This document shows positions 35,191 through 46,475 of a DNA stretch of 64,000 bases, in pieces (position 1 is the stretch's first letter; each line of letters starts with the position of its first letter). This DNA comes from Felis catus (lineage: Eukaryota): assembly GCF_018350175.1 (NCBI RefSeq), contig NC_058375.1, positions 4,898,001 to 4,962,000 of the forward strand, read 5' to 3'. The notes beneath the pieces were generated by a model, which had not been told where the DNA came from, searched no databases, and saw only the letters and a program-made list of their open reading frames with translations. The translations under genes and the position numbers were made by a program.

Positions 35191-35239
35191 ATTTTGGACT
35201 TGAACTTGTCTTTCTTTTCCTAATAGCTTTGGCTTTGGA

Positions 35240-35800
35240 GTTCATCCATTCCAGAAATATTTACTGAGCACCTTCCAAGGGCCAGGAGAGAATATAGTGG
35301 ACGAGGTCTGGGCCCCCATGGAGCTTCCAGCCAGATAGAGGAGACATAATTTCATCACCTAATTGTGTGAAAGGCACTATGATGAGTGCCATGAAGGAAA
35401 AGCGAGGGACTTTCTAAGAGCTTCCGGAAGAGGCATCTGATCTACTCTGAAGATCCAGGAAGGCAGCCCTGAAGAAGTATGTTCCCCAGACATTGTTAGT
35501 GAGTGGGGCTGAAGAGCGCATCAAGGGCACTGAGGAGAAGCATTCCAGCAGAGTTGGAGCCTGTGCAAAGGCCCTGAGGCATGACGGAGGGCGGTGTGCT
35601 AGAGAAAGGGCATAAGGCCCGTTAGCGTACACAGAGCTCAGCGTCTGAAGGAGCAGCAGGGAGGAGAGTGGGAACCGAGCCCCGCAGAGTCTCCTGAGCT
35701 GTGTCAAGACGTTTAGAGTTTAGTATTGGATCAGTGGGAGCCACTGGAAGGTTAGAACCAGGGGAGTGGTGTCCTTTTACTGTTTTAAAAACATCGCGTA
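35240..35800 (-). mobile_element. L2 fragment
   Basis: ttcatccattccagaaatatttactgagcacc...cctgtgcaaaggccctgaggc...gggagccactggaagg. Confidence 0.8.
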
Positions 35801-36573
35801 GGTGGTTATAATGGAGGGCTGACAGGGGCGGGGAGCAGGTTCAAACAGGAGGGACTTCTCTTTCCTCTGTTCCCAGCAGGAGGTCCAGCTGCTCTCTCTC
35901 TCTTTTTTTTTTCTTTCTCCTTCTTCTTTTTCTGTTTTGATTAGTTTCTTCTCCCTTTTCTGTTTTACCATTCTGGGCCTCAGGCTTCAGAAGTGAGAGG
36001 CTACAGATGGCTCGGGTCTTGGAGCAGTGGAGCCAGGGGACTGGCGGCCCCGAAAGCTGTCATATGTCACACAGGTCATCTTTCCAGAGCTGCAGCTACC
36101 TTCCCGGCAGAATGTCAAGCAGCTCGGTACGAGGAGCATCTGCTCTGAGCGGCTCTGAGCACTGTCGGAACACCATAAACAAAACGGTCAGGTTTCTGCA
36201 GATAGCCTCCTGGCCTCCACCACCACACTTCGCCGCGCTGTGGGCCGGCTTTCTCCGCCGGCATCTGTCTTCCGTACTTCCAAAGCCCACAGTGCAGGAC
36301 TTTGGGACTGGGGCTTGGGGATGTTGTACAGTCTGCATGCTAAAATGCCAAGGCTGAGGCAGGAGCAGGACTCTGAGAGCCGCCCTCAGCGCGTCTGATC
36401 TCTGGAACGAAAGGCAAGCTCAGTTACCACTGCGGGGCGGGGGGCGGGGGTCCCCCGGACCGGAGAGGAAGGATGTGCCCAGCAGGATCCTTATCCCAGA
36501 GTCCTCCAGGTAGGAAGGGAGAGCAGGCAGGCCCAGGGGGAGAAAGAGCACTGCGTCCGGGAAGGAGCCCTTG

Positions 36574-36587
36574 GTTGCCATAGAAAC
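36574..36587. promoter_or_regulatory. RFX X-box-like motif GTTGCCATAGAAAC
   Basis: Near-palindromic match to GTTNCCATRGNAAC, beside CATCTG E-box and GC boxes; function untested. Confidence 0.45.
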
Positions 36588-37418
36588 CTTGCAGCATCTG
36601 TAAAGGCCACTCAGCCCTCCTTAGACACCTTTATTCCTGTAAACGTCAGAAATACCTGGCCTCAAAACAACACAAAAAACAAAAACAAACAAAAAAAACC
36701 CCACGAAAACCAGCAACCATGGTCTTCCCAGCCTGATGCATATCCGTGTGTCTCTTGCCCACCCAGGTGCTTGGCCTCACTCAAATCTCCTCCACCCGCC
36801 TGGCTGGCCGTTCATCAGAAGGCCTCTGGTTTTCTGAATTGTGGTCACCAGCAAAGAACACTGAAGGATTCATCTAGATAGCTTCACCTTGGCTCACGTG
36901 AGGGAGCATGGAATGGGTCCCAAGCGCCCCGCTTACATGGTAAAACCCTCCCGCCAAGGATGAAAGTCCGTGACTCTCAGAAGGGCCTCCTGTGGAGACA
37001 GCCTCCTTGTGGATGCTTGGTGGCAGCCCACGAAGGGCAGGTTCTTGCTGCTCGTGGGCGTCCAGGAGAGCGATCAAGGGCGGGCTCTTCTCGGGGAGGC
37101 AGCATTCTAGTTGCCGAGTGGCCCAGCTCTGCGGTAACTGTTCAGGTAGCTGCTTTGTAACTGACTGCGTCACCTTCTTCCTGGTTAATAAATAGCATGA
37201 ATAAAACCAACCTGCATGTGGTGGGATTGTAATTCAAATTCCATTGACCATGGCTGCACATTTTTCATTTAGCATCTAAAGGCAGTTTCTATGTAAATTA
37301 TTTCCAAAGGTTCTCCATGGACTAATGACATTAGCGTCTGGGTGGATTGAAATTGTCTGAGTAATTGACACTACAACTGCGTGGGGCATCTTGGAGAAAG
37401 GAATTGTACACTTTTCTT

Positions 37419-37439
37419 TTATTATTATTATTATTATTA
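37419..37439. repeat. (TTA)n
   Basis: Direct reading. Confidence 0.9.
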
Positions 37440-38258
37440 AAGCCAAATTAGGAGAGAACTGAGAAGCTAAAACAAGTATTTCGTCAACAAGAATCCAAAA
37501 CGTGACACATTTGTTTTGACTTAATGAGCCAAATTCTTTACAAACACAATTAATGGTTCTATTGATAAACTTTCTGGCAAACACAGGGAATGCCCCCTTT
37601 CTCCTGAGCCTTTCAGCCAGTCCCCCTCCTAAGTTCGGGGCCCCTCTGCTTCCAGCCCCCCTACTGGCGGCAGAAATTCTATTGAAGACACTCATTCACT
37701 TTTGAAAACACAGACTCGTCGTACCTTTTTCTATTTATAACTAGGCAGAATATTAATCCTGCAAACTAATTCAGGAGTCTCTTTTAAAAATGGCCTTCCA
37801 GGCTTGAAGTTTGTACATAGATATTTCATAAATTGAAATGCTTTATGGCTAATTGTCAAAGGCCTGGTCTGCCACATGGAGAAAATAATTGTTGTAGAAA
37901 CAAGAGTAAAACCTTGTTGCCAGGTAGGTAAATGTCCTGAAAAATTGGATTCCATCCCGTTGAGTATGAATCCCTTGTGAATTAAACATTCCAGCAAGGA
38001 GCCGTCAAAGAAACAAAGCAGAAAAACAATCAAAAACTTGAAAACGAGTATGTTCTTAAAGGAAAGAATTAATCATGCTAAATTAGAAAAAGATTTAAAA
38101 TAGTTTTAGATTAATGCAGGCTGTGAATATCAATATAATTGCAGCAACTTAATTTGGCATAAAAACATCTAATGAAATATTTTAATATCACTGTCCATTC
38201 AATTTACCAGCTTGAATTTCACGGGGGTGTTAAGTGGTTCTTAAATTCTCATTGCAAA

Positions 38259-38389
38259 NNNNNNNNNNNNNNNNNNNNNNNNNNNNNNNNNNNNNNNNNN
38301 NNNNNNNNNNNNNNNNNNNNNNNNNNNNNNNNNNNNNNNNNNNNNNNNNNNNNNNNNNNNNNNNNNNNNNNNNNNNNNNNNNNNNNNNN
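38259..38389. other. N gap, 131 nt
   Basis: Run of N. Confidence 1.
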
Positions 38390-39244
38390 TCCTACTTTGT
38401 AGCATTGGTGAGAACCGGTCCCTCATTCTTGTCAACTGTGCCCGGAATCAGCGTGTGTCCATGTTGGGAGCCTTTGTCCCTGTGGGGCCAGAGCTCTGTG
38501 TCATCCTGAGAAATGCCCAGTTCAGCCATCCACGTCAGCCCTTTATTTTGCAATCGAGGCCGACGATGGCCCCATGGTTACAGGTAAGGAGTTTTAAGGA
38601 GGCTCACTTCCTGTGGCTTCTCTGACTCACAGAGCGAGATGGAAACAGCCAGTCCACTGGAGAGAGACTCCAGCTGGTGATGGCCTAAGCATGCTGCGGT
38701 CCCCACCCCTGTGTCTCCTGGCCCAGGACTTCTCTGGCTTTCGGGAGCTTGGAGGCCGGTCTGCTCCACACATACCGTAGGCTCTTGCCCTTGTGCTCGA
38801 GTGTGGCCATGTCTGTCCCTGTAAACATCCATCTCAGTCTCTGTGGCTCTTGCCTCTCTGACACTGGCCCCAGGTCTGCACGAGCAAATCCTCTGGGGCA
38901 GCAGGTGCACAGCGTCCTTCACTCCACTCAACTAGAGGGTGTTCATCCCGCGTCTTGGGAATCCTTGGTAGCATTTGATAACGGCTCATGTCGGCCTCCA
39001 TAAAACTCTTCCTTCTTGGCCTTCTTGGCCCAGAAATCCAGCCTTGGTGCCTGTCCGTCACTGCTCCTTCCTCATTCAGGCTTTGGTCTGGGGCTTGAAA
39101 GCAGCTTGCTTGAAGGCCGAGTAAAGAAGGACGTGCAGGAAAGGAAGATCGGCTTGGCATTTAGATATCACAGGGGTGCAGAGAGATTTGGTTTGGTTGC
39201 CTCGGGCCGCAGGGAACGAGTGAAGTTTTGAGCAGGAGAAAAAT

Positions 39245-39395
39245 ATGACAAGCGTCCACAAGATTTATGCACAACGACGCTCATTACAGCAGCATCGATA
39301 AGTGTGGGAATTGGAAGAACCTAACTCTCCAACCATAAGGAACTCGTTAAATAAATCACGGTGCTCTGTAAATATTTGTTGAATAAATGATTATA
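39245..39395 (+). mobile_element. Old L1 (L1ME-like) fragment
   Basis: agatttatgcacaacgacgctcattacagcagc...ttggaagaacctaac...gttaaataaatcacgg. Confidence 0.55.
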
Positions 39396-39759
39396 TAGAA
39401 GAGCGTAAAGAAGAACAAAGGCAAAAATAAATCATCTCTAAGCCTCTCCCCTGATATCACCACTGGCAGGGGTTCTGTGTGCGCCCCGCCCCCAGCCACC
39501 ACACGAGACACGTACACTGTCATCCCACCTGCATGATAGGCCACGTGTGCTTCTGCTGCAGCTTCTCTGCTGAACGGTATGTCGTGAGCAGGGTCTCCCG
39601 TCCTCGCCCATCCCTTGTGGTCCCGACTTGGAACGGATATACATCGCTCGGGGCTGTGGCGCTCCCTCGAGTGTGGACGGACGCGTTCCCTCCCCACTCC
39701 CCGCTTTCTCCTCCATGTCTGACGGCTCCATGAGCGCCTGCCCACAGGTGACTGGAACT

Positions 39760-40130
39760 TCTCTGCTTCCCCTGCCCCCCAGACCTCTTCTCTGAGCTTG
39801 AGCCAGGACAGTGAGCAGCCCCCCTTTGGCCTCTTCCGTCAGACCCAGCATGTCGAAACCACACTCTTGGCCTTTGTCTTCATGTGTCTCTGTTTTAGTG
39901 AAGGGAAACACCATCCAGCCAGCCCTCCAAGCCAAAAGGAGGAGTGATTCTCCACATACTCCTCTCTGCCAGTCCTTTCTCCAAATTAACTCGAATGCCT
40001 TTACCTCCTGAAGCGTATAAACCCATCCCTTTCTTGCCATCCCTTCAGCCATCGCACTGGCCCAAGATACCACCAGGTGGACTTAGCGTTATCTTTCCAA
40101 GTGGTCCTTCCGGGTGGGCTCTGACCCCCT
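39760..40130 (+). mobile_element. L2 fragment
   Basis: ccagacctcttctctgagcttgag...cccagcatgtcgaaacc...aacaccatccagccagcc. Confidence 0.55.
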
Positions 40131-43100
40131 GTGCATTCTCCGTGCCGCCGCTGAGGCTCTCTCCACCGTGATAACCCTCCTTTGCTCTCAGGAGGAGATT
40201 TGGAACTCCTGGCTGGAAACAGACTTTGGGTCTAGACTGCCCAGGTTGCCTCTCTGTCCTCCCTCCTGCTCCCTGTGGGCCTTTTGTGTTTTACGTACAT
40301 TGTCCCATGCTCATTTTCTCATCTTCTGTAAGGACTCGGTGAGCCAGTCACAGTGTTCCTAGTTGAGCCCTGGCACGGAGAAAGGCTATTTCAGTATTTG
40401 CTGTTATTATTATTCTGCTGTTGTTGTCTGTAAAGAAGGACTGTAGTAAGAAAGCTGTGAGCTAACATGGACGTGCTGACCACGGAATAAGCCCTTGGTT
40501 AATGTTAGTGGCTGTTATTGTGTCGGCAGCCTCCTCCTGTGCCGTATGCTTCTTCCGGCCCTGCACCCCACACGGCTCCCGCCTTCAGTTCTTCGTGCCC
40601 ACTCACCACAGGGCCTTTGCACACACCGTACTGCCCAGAACACTTCCCTCTCCTCTTCTCCTAATTAACGTATCCTCAGGTCTTAGCTTAACTGCTGCTT
40701 CCTGGACTCACTGACCAGACCATGTCTCCCTGATTTGGGGTACCCCTGCCTAGAGAATCCAGAGAATGTGTCTGAGGTGGGATGGAGTTGTGGACTAGAG
40801 CTCTCAGCGATCTAGTGCCCTGTGTGGGGGAAGATGCAACTCAAGCAGCCCTCTTGGGAGCCTGTTGCTCCCGTGAGTCTCTCCCAGAGTGTTCCAGTGG
40901 CCTCTGGTGGTGACCCGCCATCCCAGGGCTCCATCTGGCCAGGTGGCCCCAGAGAGAGCAGCCGTCCAACCTGAGCTGGAGAGAGCCACGGGTGTGCCCA
41001 GCAGACAACAGCTCACTTCCCCATCACCCCTGCCCCCGTAGGCGCAGCCGCTGGTGAGAAAATGGATCTTGAGCATCAACGGGAACTAATTTCCTGTTGT
41101 TTGCTTTCTCTTAATTTGAGAGAAGGCAGACGGAACCTCGTCAGGGAATTACATCCCGGAGGGAAAGTGTTGGAACAGTTTTCCAGCCGAGGTCGTGCCT
41201 CACACCGCGTCCCGTGCTGGATCATTCTGACACGTGTCCGGGTAGCTCTGTGACGTGCAGGCTGCCCCCGCCCGCCGTGTCACCTCTGGGAGTACCTGGC
41301 CTCTGGTGTCACTGACTTCTGACTCGAGGATCGTCCATGACTCTCTGCAGCCCTGAGACAGGAGTCACCAATGCCTTGACCTCTGAAGGCAGTTCTTCCA
41401 AATAGACACCAAAGGCTTCTTTTCTCTTTCTGAAAGACAGGCCACACATACGACGGCTTATGAACAGCTGAGCTATTTCAAGGATGTCGGTGCAACAGGA
41501 CTGTCTCACCAGGGATGTACAGGGAAACCAGGGCTCAGGTGACCAACTCCCGGACCTGCGTCCTCCTCACCCCCCCCCCCCACTTTAAAACCAGAGATTC
41601 ACACGTGCTCCTTTTCGGGAGAAGGCAGGGTCCCCGGAAGGACCAGGCAGCCCCATCTGAAACTTGGTGACGAGCACCTGGCAGTGACTGTAATTAGGCC
41701 TCACTTGTTCCAAGCTGCCCTAATGGCTGAGATCCCTACGATGGAACGCTGGGGCCAGCAGGAGACTCGTGATGCGGGTGGCCATGGACATTTCTAAATC
41801 GTTTACAAATTCACGGGCCACGTGTGTCCTCTTCTCACAGTGGAAAGGCCAGGAAGGAGACCTGCTTCTTTCTCCAGCATGTGTTCTCCAAAGCGGCCCT
41901 TTCTGATGCTTCCACCATTGCGCTGAGGGAGCCCACCACGTACCAGGAGCTATGCCACATGGTCTCTGCCCTCAGGGTGCCCACAGCCTGAGTGCTAACT
42001 GGGTGGGTGGGGGGGGGGGTCTGAGACAGGAGCAGGGAAGGCCTCACAGGGAGATTGGTGTTGTTTGGAGCCCCAAAGGGTGAGGAGGAGCGAATCAGGT
42101 AGATCCCAGCATCAGGCAGGGGTAACAATCTGGGTGTGGGGACAAACGTGCTGCAGCGTGCCACATGCTTTTAAAAGGGCGAGGGCAGTGATTCCAGATC
42201 TGGGATCTCAGGCTGATCACTGAAGATAGTCACGGGGGCTTCTGCTCTTTGTAACATTTCAAGAACCCAGAGATCTTCCACGATAAGGTGTGTCTGTGGC
42301 CGTCGTGTCCAGTCTCTTCTCTTTGGCTGGAATTACATCCATGCAGAGTGGTTAACACTGCCAGTGCCCTGAGAAGCACTGATGGGTAATGGAAGTGACC
42401 GCCACATCAGTCGGCCTTTTGGTAGCCAACGTTTTTGTACATGGGGTGGAGACTTTGGGAACGACCAGGCTAGAGTGCTGGCTCTCAAATATCAAAGTAT
42501 GTCAGGCTCACGTGGTGAAGGGTCTTACATGACCTCAGATATTCCTGTATGACCGGCGACAAGTATTGGGGGAGCTCTGGAGGCTGAGTGCAAATAGAAT
42601 AGGCCTGAGTGAAAATCCCCGCTCCACACAGACAAGCAGTGAGCCCTCAGGCACGTGAATTCACCTTTCTCAGCCTCAGTCTTCCCCTCTGAAAATGAGG
42701 ACACAGGAGCTCCAAGGACTCCAGGTGGTGTGGCTGGTTTCACTCATTGTTACTACTCCTGCCCCTATTACTATAAGTGTCAGAAATTGCTGTGACTATC
42801 GCCGTGAGACACCCAAATCAGTATAAATTAACTCGACCTGATTCTTTCTAGCTGTGATCAGCCTGCCTGAGATTTTTGGGGGGAGATCAGAGAAGGATGG
42901 GAAGCAAAGTTATTTTTATCACGAAACATTTGGCAGGGAGAACGGGCTTGGGGGTGGAGGGAGGGAGCTGCTACAGGGGGGCTTTGGGCCGTCAGGAGCA
43001 GCTTGAGTGTGGTGAGCAACCAGTGAGAAGGAGTGGGCCCGGCATCCTGCTAAAGGTACCTGTGTCCGCTGAGTGCATGAATTGTGAGTAAGGCTGAACA

Positions 43101-43306
43101 CAATCATCACCATTCGTTTGTTTCAGAACTCACATTGGGTCTTATCTCATTGTGATGGTGCGGACACAGCCACTGCTGTCATCAGAGGATGTCTAGTCTC
43201 ATGAGACTGTTAACTTGTCTGTACAGACTGCTTTTAGGACTCTGGGCTATTCTGACCAAGGGCCTCCACCTTCTTTATCACGATCATAGCTAGTATTTTT
43301 ATATGG

Positions 43307-43700
43307 TGTATTGGTCAGGATAGGCTAGGCCAAGCCCTGGTAACAAATAAACCCTACAATCCCAAGGGCCTAATAGGATACAGTTTACTTCTCACGTTAT
43401 AACCCTGGCAGGGTCAGATACCTCTCCAGAGTAGCTCTCTGGGCAGTGACTCAGGGATCCCAACTCCTTCCATTTTATGGCTCTACCATCGTAGAGTCTC
43501 TACCTCACAGCTCTGAGGACAGAAAAGAGAGAGAAGGTGTTTTAGGAGCCACGCCTGGGCTGGGAGCAGTATACATCACTTTTACCCTCATTTTATTGGC
43601 AAGAACTCTGTTATGTGATCAATCTAAGTGCAAGGAAGGCCCGGAAATGTAGTCTCTCTTTGCCCGGGAGGAAGATGAACACTGGCTAGTCTCTACGATG
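43307..43700 (-). mobile_element. MaLR solo LTR, MLT1J-like, inserted in a MIR
   Basis: tgtattggtcaggataggctaggc...gtaacaaataaaccc...cagtgactcagggatccc...cattttattggcaagaactc...tgcaaggaaggcccggaaatgtagtc. Confidence 0.8.
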
Positions 43701-44099
43701 TGTATATTATCTCGCTTAATTTTCCAGAGACCCGCCAAGACTTTGTACCCCATTTATATGTGTGGAACCTAATATACAGAGAATACCTGACTTACCTTGG
43801 TAAGTGGTGGAACCAGGATTCAGGAATAGGAATGTGGGACTCTAAAGCCTATACTCTTACAGGAACACTCAACACAGTTCAAGCCCACACGAAGAGCTTA
43901 ACATTTAGAGTGCTTTCCTGACAGAAAGGGATTGCTTTTTGCCCTAACCCCCCAGAGCACCTTACTTCTATTTTACTTTGTACTTATTCAAGTGTCTTCC
44001 CTACTAGGTTTTAAGTTTTGGGATCAATGTCAGATATGCATCTCGGCCTTGTCCATAGCCGAAACTTAGCAAGCACTAAATAGAGTCATTATCATGTGG

Positions 44100-44580
44100 G
44101 TCATTAAGTCAACAGAGAGTCTGGAGTCATGGGTGTGGAAGGGAAGGGGCAGGACCAGAAGAATGTGGATAAAGACCCAGAGGAAGGGCAAGGTTCTGAA
44201 TGCAGGAAGGCCAAGGGTGGATCAAGGGTTGAGAAGGAGGAGTTGACGCACTGTGTTCGGCAAAAGCAAGAAGACATTGGAAGGGAACAGTAACCAAGGC
44301 GCCACTGGTGCCCTTGGAAAGCACAACAAATGATGGGCAGAAGCCAGGATGCCAAGGACTGAGTGAGAGTGGGAAGTGGTGAAGGCGGTGAGTTAGTACA
44401 GGCTGCTCTTGTGAGATGTTTGGTGTGAACAGGACAGATGGGCAGTACAGTCAAAGTCGGGCTGAGGTTGGCAGTCTTCCCCGTGTATCTGGGTGAGGGA
44501 AAATGAGCAGGAGGGGCACAAGTGAAGGAGAGTCAAGGAAGAGTGTTGGTTTTGAGATCCAGTCCCAGAGGACAGAGGAA
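44100..44580 (-). mobile_element. L2 fragment
   Basis: Purine-rich antisense L2 (gggcagaagccaggatgccaaggactgagtgagagtggg...tgagatgtttggtgtgaa). Confidence 0.55.
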
Positions 44581-44729
44581 GGCAAGAGGCGAAGAGCTGA
44601 CCTTGGAGAGGAAGGAACATTCTTTCCTCTGAGACAGGTGACAAAGAGGAACAAGGGTCCAGGTTCCTCACCTACAAAACGAGGGTGCTCTTCTCCCTGT
44701 ACCTCTCGCCTTCTTAGTTATCAGGAGCA

Positions 44730-45163
44730 TGTTGGGTTAAATAGTGTCCCCCAAAAGTTATGTCCACTCAGAACCCCAAGATGTGACCTTATTTGGAAAT
44801 AAGACTTGACAGATGTAATTAATCAAGTCAAGACGAGGTCATACTTGAATAGGGTGAGCCTCATCCAGTGATGGTTTTCCTTATAAGAGGGAAGCTTGGA
44901 CACAGATACTCAAAGGAGAAGACCATGTGACACAGAGACGGAGACTGGGAGATGCGGCCACAAGCCAAGGACCGCCAAGGAATTCGGCAGCACCGAAGCG
45001 GGAGAGGCAAAGAAGCATCCTCCCCGGAGCCTTCGGAGGGAGCATGGCCCTGCCGACACCTTGACTTTGGACTTCTGGCCTCTGGGACAGAGGGGATAAA
45101 TTTCTGTTGTTTTAGGACGTGCGGGTGTAGTAATTTGTACAGGATCCCCGGGAAGCTGATACA
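44730..45163 (+). mobile_element. MaLR solo LTR, MLT1C-like
   Basis: TG...CA termini; tgttgggttaaatagtgtcccccaaaa, gaccttatttggaaataag, gagcatggccctgccgacaccttgactttggacttctggcctc. Confidence 0.9.
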
Positions 45164-46379
45164 GTGTGGAACATAGAGATGCATTCAAAAGTAGCGGGAG
45201 GTGTACAATTGCCGTGAAATGTGCGGCATTTTCAGCAGAGTCATCATAAGAGGGAAGGTGGTGGACATGGCCTGGCAGAGGTGAGGGGGTGGATGGCAGA
45301 GAACTCAAAGTTTCCGCCTTGGAAAGTGCTTTCCCTTGGCTTGGAGGCTTTCTCCTGCATTATCCGCAGTCTCTCCGGATTTAGGTGATTAAAAAAACAT
45401 GGTTTCTCCTTTTACTGGTTGCCTGCCATCTCACTAGAACAGTTCACCCGCTTCAGTTTTAGACCAGGAAAGAGCCGTAGGTGGGGTGCTCTTTGCCTCC
45501 CTTCTGATTTTGGGGGTGGGAGGGGAGTGTGATGTCTGGGAGAGTGTGCCACACCCCCCAGCTGCGCCTGGCCATTTTGCACCCATGTACTTGCTGCTTT
45601 AATCTTCCAGCTTGTATTGAAATAAATCTTACACATTTTCTCCACATTAAAGAAGGCTGTCTTCAGCCTTCTTGTGTCAACAGAAACCCTTCTCATCCAT
45701 TATATTATCGTCCCTGTCATCATCATTGCTGTTGTCGTCACCATCGGTATCATTGCGGAGAATGAGTGCGGCGTCTCCCGCCTGCCCCTGTCTGACGGAA
45801 GAGAGCGGAATGATGCTCCCAGTCACTGGAAAGCCCCCAACCGCTTTCAGTTGGTGCTTTTTTGCCGACATGTTCTTTGAGGTTCCTTTTGACTTCCCTG
45901 TTCTGGAATCTCCCTTGATTTAGGAGATAAGGAAGCAGACTCACACGTGGAGTGACTCCTCCAGGATCGCCCAGCTCTCAAAAGCAGGGTGGGAACCAGC
46001 CCCCGGCTCATGGGTGCTGAATGCACGATACAGGTCCCCACGTCCGCCTTCATGTTCTTCTGAGTCTGCGGGAACCCAAGGGGGTCATGTGCCGGGGAAA
46101 TGGGGTGCTGAATGTAGGGTCTGCTTTCCTCGTGCTGCACCCGCTGAAAGCCCCGTGTGGGTCATCACTTGAGAAGCAGTGACAGTGGCCCAGGGCTGGG
46201 GGAGGTGGAGATGAGAACAGGCTGAGAAGTGTAGGGACAGCTGCACTGGGGCAGGACCATCCCTCGTGCTGGAGCAGGGATTCAGCAGACCCGTGCCCGA
46301 CAGGGAGAGTGCTGTGCTGGTAGGGAGCACCTGGGCTGTGGAGCCAGTGTGGCCTCGTTCTGCCGTGGAGTCGTGACGC

Positions 46380-46475
46380 AACAACAGTGGACCTCTCTGA
46401 ACCTCAGTTTCCTCATCTAAAATGGACTCAATGATGCAAGACCCCTGGGAGTTGTTGAGAGGAGGTGCGTGTGAA
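46380..46475 (+). mobile_element. MIR
   Basis: acctctctgaacctcagtttcctcatctaaaatgg. Confidence 0.8.

Noticed and set aside
39438-40073. 211-aa minus-strand ORF
   Set aside because: Overlaps a decayed L2 fragment; no homology recognised.
42001-42019. G-runs able to form G-quadruplexes (also ~54021-54046)
   Set aside because: Common in GC-rich introns; homopolymer lengths are error-prone; no functional context.
45674-45880. ORF with a transmembrane-like stretch (LLIHYIIVPVIIIAVVVTIGII)
   Set aside because: Produced by a degenerate (ATC/GTC)n repeat; non-ATG start and no convincing donor.
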